This document shows, piece after piece, positions 24,169 to 30,782 of a stretch of 55,242 nucleotides of DNA. Source of the stretch: a virus. Under the pieces are notes generated by a model. That model had not been told where the DNA came from and did not search any database. It saw only the letters and a program-made list of their open reading frames with translations. How positions within the stretch are numbered: the stretch's first letter is position 1; every line of letters begins with the position of its first letter. Location of the stretch: the IMG/VR virus record IMGVR_UViG_3300037423_000380; one strand, 5' to 3'. The position numbers and the translations under genes are program-made.

Positions 24169-25586
24169 CCACCATCATCGAGGGGATCAGCCTGTTCAGT
24201 GGCCCCGGAGGTTCCATGACCGGCCTCAAGATGGCCGGCGTCAAGAACGGCATCGGAGTGGAGTGGGACGAAGCCGCGGTCACCACCGCTCGGGCCGCGG
24301 GCCACCGGGTCCACCACGGTGACGTGCGGGACCTCGAACCGATGGACTTCTACATCGAGTCGTACGACGGCATCGCCCACCTTCCGGGCACCGACGTGCA
24401 GTTGCTTCTCCAGGCGAGCCCGCCCTGCCAGGGCCTCAGCATGGCCGGCAAGGGCAAGGGCCGCGAGGACCTCGACCTGCTGTTCACCGCGCTCGACGGC
24501 CTGATCGGTGAGGCCGAGGACGGCGTGTCCACGAGCACGCTGCGCGAGATCTTCGATGACCTCAACGCCATGCTCATCGCGGACTGCTCCGACGAGCGGT
24601 CCCCCCTCACCTTCGAGGTCGTCCGCTGGTTCCTCGACCTCAACCCCGACCACGTGATGCTGGAGCAGGTCCCCGCGGCCCTCCCGATCTGGGAGCGGAT
24701 CGCAGACCTCCTGCGAGCCCTCGGCTATGCCGTGTGGGTCGACAACGTGCAAGCCGAGCAGTTCGGCGTCCCGCAGACCCGCAAGCGAGCCATGCTCATC
24801 GCCACCCGGCACGCCACCGAGATGCCTGCCCCGGTGCCCACGCACTCCAAGTTCCACAACCGGACTCCCGAGCGGCTGGATGCCGGCGTGCTGCCGTGGG
24901 TCAGCATGGCCGAGGCGCTCGGCTGGGGCGTGACTGAGATGGTCGGCTTTCCGCGCCGCTACGACGGCCAGGGCGAGGCCATCGAGATCGACGGCGAGCT
25001 CTACCGCGAGCGGGACCTCCGGGAAGCCAGCCTCCCCTCGTTCGTCGTGACCGAGAAGGCTCGGTCGTGGAACCGCTACCTCGACCGCGAGGGCAACGAG
25101 GTCACCCACATGGGCGACGTGCGGAGTTCCCACGGCTGCGTCCGTCCGATCGACGCGCCGGCTCCGACGCTCACCGCGAGCATGGACAACGGCAACTTCC
25201 GCTGGATCGACCGCGAGGCCGTTATCGCGGAGGTCGAGCCCCGCGTCAACAACCAGTCCGGCACGGACTTCGACCTGAGCTGGCCGATGGATCGCCCCGC
25301 TCCCGTGGTCGCCGGCCGCGACATCATCACGATGCCGGGTGCGAACGCCAACCGCTTCAACGGGTCAACCAAGAGCCGCAACGACGGCATCCGCGTCACC
25401 ATCGAGGAGGCAGGCATCCTCCAGTCCTTCCCGGTGGACTACCCGTGGTACGGCACAAAGACCAAGCAGTTCCAGCAGGTCGGCAATGCCGTCCCTCCCG
25501 TGCTTCAGCACGCCCTCACGTCTCATCTTCTGGCCGTGTGTGCAAGTGAGAGGTCGGAGGGGATTTCCGAGGCCGAGGTCGGATGA
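24165..25586 (+). CDS. DNA (cytosine-5)-methyltransferase
   Basis: Motifs: I LFSGPGG, IV SPPCQG, VIII QTRKR, X GNAVPP. ATG 24165 makes an ATGA overlap. Confidence 0.9.
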   Translation: MTTIIEGISLFSGPGGSMTGLKMAGVKNGIGVEWDEAAVTTARAAGHRVHHGDVRDLEPMDFYIESYDGIAHLPGTDVQLLLQASPPCQGLSMAGKGKGREDLDLLFTALDGLIGEAEDGVSTSTLREIFDDLNAMLIADCSDERSPLTFEVVRWFLDLNPDHVMLEQVPAALPIWERIADLLRALGYAVWVDNVQAEQFGVPQTRKRAMLIATRHATEMPAPVPTHSKFHNRTPERLDAGVLPWVSMAEALGWGVTEMVGFPRRYDGQGEAIEIDGELYRERDLREASLPSFVVTEKARSWNRYLDREGNEVTHMGDVRSSHGCVRPIDAPAPTLTASMDNGNFRWIDREAVIAEVEPRVNNQSGTDFDLSWPMDRPAPVVAGRDIITMPGANANRFNGSTKSRNDGIRVTIEEAGILQSFPVDYPWYGTKTKQFQQVGNAVPPVLQHALTSHLLAVCASERSEGISEAEVG

Positions 25587-25708
25587 TGGATTGGGCGCGA
25601 CGGATCATGGAGGCCGACTTCGGGTGCCTCTACTGCGACGACACGTTCCCCACGTACGACGAGGTTGACGAGCACATCAATGCCAACCACGCCGGACTGG
25701 AGCTCTGA
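25583..25708 (+). CDS. 41-aa C2H2-type zinc-finger peptide
   Basis: MMDWARRIMEADFGCLYCDDTFPTYDEVDEHINANHAGLEL (CxxC ... HxxxxH). It overlaps the methyltransferase stop and the next start. Confidence 0.5.
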   Translation: MMDWARRIMEADFGCLYCDDTFPTYDEVDEHINANHAGLEL

Positions 25709-26076
25709 TGACACAGGGGACGGTGAACGGCGGCGATCGAGGCAACACGAGGGATCGCCGCCGTCGTCGGGAGTGGCTGGTCGAGAACTTCCGGGCCGAC
25801 GTGGACGCCTCGGTGGCTCGGGGGACAGACGGCATCCCGTTCGATGTCCAGCTCTACAACGAGCGCCTGACTGGCTGCGGCTACCGCCGTGAGCCGGCGT
25901 GCCGGTGCTACCGCTGCGGGACGCTCCTGACCGTCGACACGGTGTCGCCCGACCGGATCATCCCCGGCTGCAAGGGCGGGACCTACCGCCGCAACAACAT
26001 CAGGCCGGCGTGCCTGCGATGCCAGAGCGTCACCGGCAACGAGATCAAGAGAGCGATCCGCAAGAAGTCCAAGTGA
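25708..26076 (+). CDS. HNH-like (beta-beta-alpha-metal) endonuclease, non-canonical
   Basis: CRCYRCG ... SPDRIIPGCKGGTYRRNNIRPACLRCQ has HNH-family spacing and two CxxC pairs, but D-R stands where D-H is usual. Confidence 0.5.
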   Translation: MTQGTVNGGDRGNTRDRRRRREWLVENFRADVDASVARGTDGIPFDVQLYNERLTGCGYRREPACRCYRCGTLLTVDTVSPDRIIPGCKGGTYRRNNIRPACLRCQSVTGNEIKRAIRKKSK

Positions 26077-26091
26077 GTCCCGATGACTCAC
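26073..26091. repeat. GTGAGTC-N5-GACTCAC palindrome, copy 12
   Basis: agtgagtcccgatgactcact; the stop TGA of 25708..26076 lies inside the left arm. Confidence 0.9.
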
Positions 26092-26140
26092 TCGGCACAA
26101 CTGAATAGGCGTGAGGGAAGGGGAAGCCCAAGAGCGCCGA

Positions 26141-26193
26141 GGGATGGCCCCGTGGGGGGACGCCGGCACGAGGTTCGAGCCCTCGCCATCCCA
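26141..26193 (+). ncRNA. tRNA-like element, copy e (7-bp acceptor stem plus T arm, 21-nt insert)
   Basis: GGGATGG-ccccgtggggggacgccggca-CGAGG TTCGAGC CCTCG-CCATCCC-A. The acceptor 3' strand is contiguous with the T stem, as in a real tRNA; there is no anticodon arm. Confidence 0.55.
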
Positions 26194-26240
26194 CGCAAAC
26201 CCGCAGCACACACCACCAGCCAAGGAGGCGCAACGGACAC

Positions 26241-26690
26241 ATGCGAAACTCGGAACCAAGGCTTCTTGGAACCCTGGCTCGGCCCATCAGTGAAGTCGAG
26301 CTCGAAGAGGAAGAGACCAACGGACTGGACGGGGTTGTCCGGTGGGACGACCTGGAGCGGGGCCTCGACCGCGGCGCCTTCGCCTTCAGGACGGACGTGA
26401 AGAGGGAAGTGGGCCGGCAGTTCGCCGAGGCCGAGCGCCCCTTCTACGACAGCATCTACCGCGAGGTACTCGACGGGCTGTTCCCCGAGTACCGGGCGAT
26501 GTACGACGCCCTTCCGATGGGCACCAGCAGCAGCGTCTTCGTCGGGAAGCTCAACGCCGAGACGGTGCGGGAGATCCGCACTCGCCATGCGGCCGGCGAG
26601 AAGGGCTCGCACCTGGCCGTGGAGTTCGGCGTGCGCCCCAACACGATCTCGGACCTGCTCAACAACAAGACCTGGAGGAACGTCGCGTGA
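26241..26690 (+). CDS. DNA-binding protein with a C-terminal HTH
   Basis: KLNAETVREIRTRHAAGEKGSHLAVEFGVRPNTISDLLNNKTWRNV is an HTH module of the kind common in phage regulators and homing-nuclease DNA-binding domains. Confidence 0.45.
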   Translation: MRNSEPRLLGTLARPISEVELEEEETNGLDGVVRWDDLERGLDRGAFAFRTDVKREVGRQFAEAERPFYDSIYREVLDGLFPEYRAMYDALPMGTSSSVFVGKLNAETVREIRTRHAAGEKGSHLAVEFGVRPNTISDLLNNKTWRNVA

Positions 26691-27049
26691 CCGTCGCCAG
26701 CTACGAGGAGACGCGAGTCGTCAGCGAGACCGGGGGAGAGAAGGGGCAGAAGGCGAGCCAGCTCGGCACCATCGACCCGATCGCCCTCCTGCATCTCGGA
26801 GAGGTCAGCGGCTTCGGCGCGCAGAAGTACGAGGCGTTCAACTACCTCAAGGGCTACGACTGGCGGCTGACCGTGGACGCTGCTCTGCGACACCTGCTGG
26901 CCTTCTGGGCGGGAGAGGACCGCGACCCCGAGTCCGGCCTCCTGCACCCGGCCCACTTCGCCTGGCATGGCCTAGCGCTCACGTCCTTCGCCCTGCGGGG
27001 CGTCGGAGAGGACACGAGGTTTCGGGGAGCGGTGCTACTGAACAAGTGA
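26687..27049 (+). CDS. DUF5664-type dATP/dGTP pyrophosphohydrolase-like protein (MazZ-like)
   Basis: GTGA overlap start. GGEKGQK...IDPIALLHLGEVSGFGAQKYEAFNYLKG..W...AALRHLLAFWAGEDRDPESGLLHPAH matches my recollection of the DUF5664 pattern. This was not verified by search. Confidence 0.5.
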   Translation: MTVASYEETRVVSETGGEKGQKASQLGTIDPIALLHLGEVSGFGAQKYEAFNYLKGYDWRLTVDAALRHLLAFWAGEDRDPESGLLHPAHFAWHGLALTSFALRGVGEDTRFRGAVLLNK

Positions 27050-27056
27050 GTGTGTT

Positions 27057-27072
27057 AGTGTGAGGTCACACT
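27057..27072. promoter_or_regulatory. 16-bp perfect palindrome AGTGTGA-GG-TCACACT (operator candidate, copy B)
   Basis: It lies in the 72-bp gap before the 601-aa gene and is preceded by TGTTAGTGT (TGn-TAnnnT-like). It is 15/16 identical to 45763-45778. Confidence 0.55.
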
Positions 27073-27121
27073 GACGCGAACCTGAGACTTCGAGATCATC
27101 CAGAGAGAGGGGATCACCCAT

Positions 27122-28927
27122 ATGACCATGATCGACAACGAGACCGCGATCGCCAATCAGGCCACGATCGACACCCCGGCAGGCACGATCCTTGTGCTCC
27201 GCGAGGGCAAGGGTTCCGCCAAGGCCGGCGCCCTCGCTGTAGTGGAGGGGTTGGGGCTGCCCGGCAACAATACCCTCCAGGTCCGCTGGCTGCGTGACCA
27301 CGGCGAGCTCGCGGACGGCGGCTGGTTCGCTTCGCGCTTCGACATCTACCGCCTCCAGGTGGGCGACCGAGTGCGCGCCGGGTACGCCATCACGGCCCGC
27401 CAGTGCGACTACGAGGGCGTGATCGAGAGCGTGACCGCCGCGGGCTACACCGTCGTGAAGATCGAGTCCCCCGAGAGCCTCGCCGGTCGCACGATGGGCT
27501 TCTTCGACACGTCGCTGGTGAAGATCGAGGACGAGCCCGAGTACCTGTCGGTCTGGGACGAGGACTCCCCGACCGAGGAGGAGTTGTCCGAGTGGGAGAA
27601 GGAGCTGCTCGATGGCCCCGCCTACTCCGCGGGGGACACGGTTCGCGTGGTGAGCGACGACGAGTGGGGCCACTACTTCATCCTCGGCTCGGTCGCCACG
27701 GTGAGTGACGTGTTCGGCAACGAACTGTCGCTCGTCGGCGAGAGTCGCACCCACGGCCGACTCATCTACCAGGACGTGAAGTCGTCCAGCGTCGAGCCCT
27801 ACTCGATCAACGAGGACGAGTTCCACGAGATCAACCCGGCGCCCGAGTTCGCCGAGGGCGACATCGTGGTCATCACGGACTGCAACGGCGACAGCGACAG
27901 CGCTTGGATCGGCAAGCGGTTCACGGTCTGGAGTGATGAGGGAGACTCTGTTCGGCTCAACAACGCCGAGATCGACACCCGCCCGGACATCCCCGGCTCG
28001 ACCGTCAAGTTCTTCTGGGACAAGGACCAGCTCCGCGCCTTCGACCCCGAGACCGACTTCCGGGTGGGCGACATCGTGACGTACCACGGGCCGTCGAACC
28101 GTGGCGTGGTGACCAGCGTGGAGAACGGCTGGGAGACCGGCGAGTTCGGCGGCGACATCAAGGTCCGCTTCACCGAGGGCGAGGGCCTCGCCGGCTGGGA
28201 GGGTGGCGCTTCTCGCCAGTTCTGCAAGCTCGTCGGCGCGGGGGGGATCATCGTGGACGCGGGTGACGTGATCGAGGGCGAGGAACCGGACGCCAAGTTC
28301 GCCGTGGGCGACCGGGTGTTCTGGATGGCCGAGGGGTACAACCCGGAGCACGCCATCGACAAGTGGTCCGGGACCGTCATCGAGGTCCTCGACGCGGACA
28401 CCTTCGGGGACTTCAGGATCGTGTTCGACTGCGAGACGATCCCGACCGCGCAGAACCATCTCGCCATGAACCTCCACGCCCTGCCGGCGCCGACGTTCGA
28501 GGTTGGTGACCGCGTGGTGATCGTCGGCAACACCGACGAGTACCACTACCTCGCGGTGGGCACCGAGGGCACGGTCCTGTCGTACGACGCCGAGGACGAC
28601 GAGTACATGGTCGAGGGCATTGACTTCGACGGCTACGGCGAGACGCAGTGGGTCGACCCGAGCGACCTCAAGCTCGCTCCGGTGTACGCGGAGTACGAGG
28701 ACTTCGGCTTCGAGGCCGGCCAAGAGATCGGCTCGGTTGACGTGCTGGAGGACCTGCCGGTGGGCACGGTGCTCTATGTGCAGGACGACGAGGACGACCC
28801 GATGACGAAGGCGCCCAACGGGAAGTTCTACTCGCTCTACTACGACGGCGACGGATGCGAGGAGGACGTGGCCGACGAGATCGAGTCCCGCTGGCCCGTC
28901 ATCATCGGCTACGTCCCGTCCGTCTGA
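27122..28927 (+). CDS. Large acidic protein built from about 6-7 SH3/KOW-like repeats (601 aa)
   Basis: Recurrent [VAE]GD.V modules about every 70-80 aa: VGDRVRAG, AGDTVRVV, EGDIVVIT, VGDIVTYH, VGDRVFWM, VGDRVVIV. The 671-aa antisense track ORF is an artefact. Confidence 0.7.
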   Translation: MTMIDNETAIANQATIDTPAGTILVLREGKGSAKAGALAVVEGLGLPGNNTLQVRWLRDHGELADGGWFASRFDIYRLQVGDRVRAGYAITARQCDYEGVIESVTAAGYTVVKIESPESLAGRTMGFFDTSLVKIEDEPEYLSVWDEDSPTEEELSEWEKELLDGPAYSAGDTVRVVSDDEWGHYFILGSVATVSDVFGNELSLVGESRTHGRLIYQDVKSSSVEPYSINEDEFHEINPAPEFAEGDIVVITDCNGDSDSAWIGKRFTVWSDEGDSVRLNNAEIDTRPDIPGSTVKFFWDKDQLRAFDPETDFRVGDIVTYHGPSNRGVVTSVENGWETGEFGGDIKVRFTEGEGLAGWEGGASRQFCKLVGAGGIIVDAGDVIEGEEPDAKFAVGDRVFWMAEGYNPEHAIDKWSGTVIEVLDADTFGDFRIVFDCETIPTAQNHLAMNLHALPAPTFEVGDRVVIVGNTDEYHYLAVGTEGTVLSYDAEDDEYMVEGIDFDGYGETQWVDPSDLKLAPVYAEYEDFGFEAGQEIGSVDVLEDLPVGTVLYVQDDEDDPMTKAPNGKFYSLYYDGDGCEEDVADEIESRWPVIIGYVPSV

Positions 28928-29000
28928 GCCAATGACCAGCAGCCGGGGGAGGGGTTGGGTCCGCATCCCTCCCCCGGCGTGTCCAAGTGAGAGGAGAGTC

Positions 29001-29246
29001 ATGCAGTTCAGCCTCACGCTTCCGGTTCCGGCCCTCGTGGTCGCCGGCAAGACAGAGTTCGATGAGGACTACGACTGGTGCGCGGTCTACACCGTCGCCA
29101 TCATGTCCGGCGAGATCGTCGTGATGGAGCGGAAGTTCACCGACGACACCGCGATGGCTGACCTGCCCTTCGCGAGTGACCAGGACGACGCCATCAGCAA
29201 GACGCTGACCGCGCTCGGCGAACGACTGCGAGACCTCCTGTCGTGA
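29001..29246 (+). CDS. Hypothetical protein (81 aa)
   Basis: ATG is 6 nt after CAAGTGAGAGGAGAG. Confidence 0.6.
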   Translation: MQFSLTLPVPALVVAGKTEFDEDYDWCAVYTVAIMSGEIVVMERKFTDDTAMADLPFASDQDDAISKTLTALGERLRDLLS

Positions 29247-29821
29247 GCCTGAAGTACGGCAAGCGGGAGATCGAGCAGATGATCGCCACACTGGAGGCCG
29301 AGTACGAGGACGTGGCTCAGGCTGCGCTCGGAGTGCTCGCCACCGCAGAGGAGATCTTCGAGAAGCGCGCTCAGTTCGTGGTCGTCGGTCAGCTCCGGGG
29401 CACGGCAGAGCGCCACTCGATCCCATCGACCGACCCGGAGGCCATCAAGGTCTCGCTGGGCTGGTTCTCGACCGAGGGTGACGCGATCAAGGCGTCGGAG
29501 TCGCTGGCCTACAGCAGCTCCACACAGGACTCATTCAGCACATGGGTCCTGCCGGTGTTCCACGGGACGCCGGCCGACCTGCACGCCAAGCAGAAGGACA
29601 AGTACGCCGAGGCCGAGCAGAAGCGCAAAGACAAGGCGCGGGAGCGGTTCCGGCTCGGCGTCGAGAAGCACCGGCTCGCGATGGAGGAGCGAGCTCGGGG
29701 AGGCAAGGGCTCATGCGAGACCTGCTCCCATCAGCCGTACGAGCACGTCACCGCTGGCACCAGTCGGGGCCGGTGTCTGGAGAAGGGGTGCAGTTGCCCC
29801 GCCTGGAAGGAGAAGAAGTGA
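29243..29821 (+). CDS. Hypothetical protein with a C-terminal Cys/His cluster (192 aa)
   Basis: GTGA overlap; the C-terminus reads GSCETCSHQPYEHV...GRCLEKGCSCPAWKEKK. Confidence 0.6.
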   Translation: MSLKYGKREIEQMIATLEAEYEDVAQAALGVLATAEEIFEKRAQFVVVGQLRGTAERHSIPSTDPEAIKVSLGWFSTEGDAIKASESLAYSSSTQDSFSTWVLPVFHGTPADLHAKQKDKYAEAEQKRKDKARERFRLGVEKHRLAMEERARGGKGSCETCSHQPYEHVTAGTSRGRCLEKGCSCPAWKEKK

Positions 29822-30396
29822 TCCCAACGTACGACGTCATCCTCGATTGGGATGACTGCATCTATCCGTTCTGCCACGGCATCACCGACGTGATGCGGCT
29901 GCACGGCCACGCCGGCACGATCACGCAGTGGCACTGCAACGAGGACTTTGACATGGAGGCCGACGAGTTCTGGGGGCTCGTCTACAGCGAGCCGTGGGTC
30001 CTCTTCAACCAGCGCATCGAGGGAGAGGTCGTCCGGTCTCTTGAACGGCTGCACCACGCGGGCCACAGGCTGCATCTCGTGACCGCCCGTGAGCGCGACG
30101 ACGCGCAGACCTACTGCTGGGCACAGATCCAGGACTACGACCTGCCCTTCACGAGCGTCACCTTCACCAAGGACAAGGGTCCGATGGTGGCCGAGCTCAA
30201 CGCCTCGTTCAGCCTGGACGACGGCCCCCACAACTTCCACGCGCTCGACCAGCGCAACCACCTTGCGTTCCTCATGGACGCACCCCACAACCGCGACACG
30301 TACACCGAGAAGCGTGTCGTCAGCGTCAGGCAGTTCGCTGACATCGTGATCGGCTTCCAGGAGGCCGGTGTCAAACTGAGAGGAGACAAGTGGTGA
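29818..30396 (+). CDS. HAD-superfamily 5'(3')-deoxyribonucleotidase-like protein
   Basis: GTGA overlap. N-terminal VILDWDDCIYPF (DxD motif I), later LVTAR and a distal DD, consistent with HAD/NT5C architecture. Confidence 0.5.
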   Translation: MIPTYDVILDWDDCIYPFCHGITDVMRLHGHAGTITQWHCNEDFDMEADEFWGLVYSEPWVLFNQRIEGEVVRSLERLHHAGHRLHLVTARERDDAQTYCWAQIQDYDLPFTSVTFTKDKGPMVAELNASFSLDDGPHNFHALDQRNHLAFLMDAPHNRDTYTEKRVVSVRQFADIVIGFQEAGVKLRGDKW

Positions 30397-30782
30397 CCGT
30401 GTACCAGTTCAGCCCGCAGCAGGAGGTCCGGCACGAGATCGAGCAGAGCAAGCTCGACCTCCGGGCGGGGGAGGACGGCATCATCGTCACCCTCACCGAT
30501 CTGGAGCCGCAGGCGTTCATCGACGGCCAGATCGTGCTCACGACCCATCAGGCCGGCGAGCTCGCCAAGGCGCTCATCGCGCTGCTGGGCTCCGAGGACG
30601 AGGAGGACTACGGCGTCGGCTACGACATGGGCTACGCCGCGGGCTACCGCGACGGCGAGGAGGAGGGTGCTCGGGTCGGTTACGAGCAGGGTTTCCACGA
30701 CGGTGACGGCGAGGGCTTCGACCGGGGCTACGAACTCGGGAACGAACGCGGATGGGACGCGGCGATGGAGGACTGCGCCTGA
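30393..30782 (+). CDS. Hypothetical protein with a Gly/Tyr/Asp/Glu-rich C-terminus (129 aa)
   Basis: GTG 30393 (GTGA overlap, 7 nt after GAGAGGAG); 30390 is the alternative start. Confidence 0.55.
   Translation: MTVYQFSPQQEVRHEIEQSKLDLRAGEDGIIVTLTDLEPQAFIDGQIVLTTHQAGELAKALIALLGSEDEEDYGVGYDMGYAAGYRDGEEEGARVGYEQGFHDGDGEGFDRGYELGNERGWDAAMEDCA

Noticed and set aside
15885-26091. GTGAGTC-N5-GACTCAC hairpins as ordinary rho-independent terminators
   Set aside because: No U tract follows them. Two lie upstream of a promoter and two lie inside 5' leaders. The arm sequence is invariant rather than merely self-complementary. The clear terminators in this genome (for example 16752-16780, 33953-33985, 46698-46724) look different.
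17671-26193. The five T-arm-containing elements as additional genuine tRNA genes or as attP-type tRNA 3' fragments
   Set aside because: None has an anticodon arm or D arm; only 8-21 nt link the acceptor strand to the T arm. So they cannot decode. They are not simple 3' tRNA fragments either, because each carries its own complementary 5' acceptor strand. The integrase is a serine recombinase, which does not require tRNA-derived attP.
26687-27049. Z-genome (2-aminoadenine) pathway suggested by the MazZ-like protein
   Set aside because: There is no PurZ/adenylosuccinate-synthetase-like ORF and no DatZ-like HD phosphohydrolase anywhere in the 55 kb. The single gene is insufficient evidence.
27035-29050. 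671-aa minus-strand ORF, the longest ORF in this part of the track
   Set aside because: It is antisense to the well-supported 601-aa gene 27122..28927. Its composition (Arg, Gly, Val, Leu, His, Asp runs) is typical of stop-free antisense frames in GC3-rich DNA, and it has no SD. The same reasoning applies to 5166..6320, 6352..7683, 8442..9476, 9533..11119, 12955..14079, 24084..25133, 30884..32041, 35066..36451, 37280..38089 and 52171..53244, among others.
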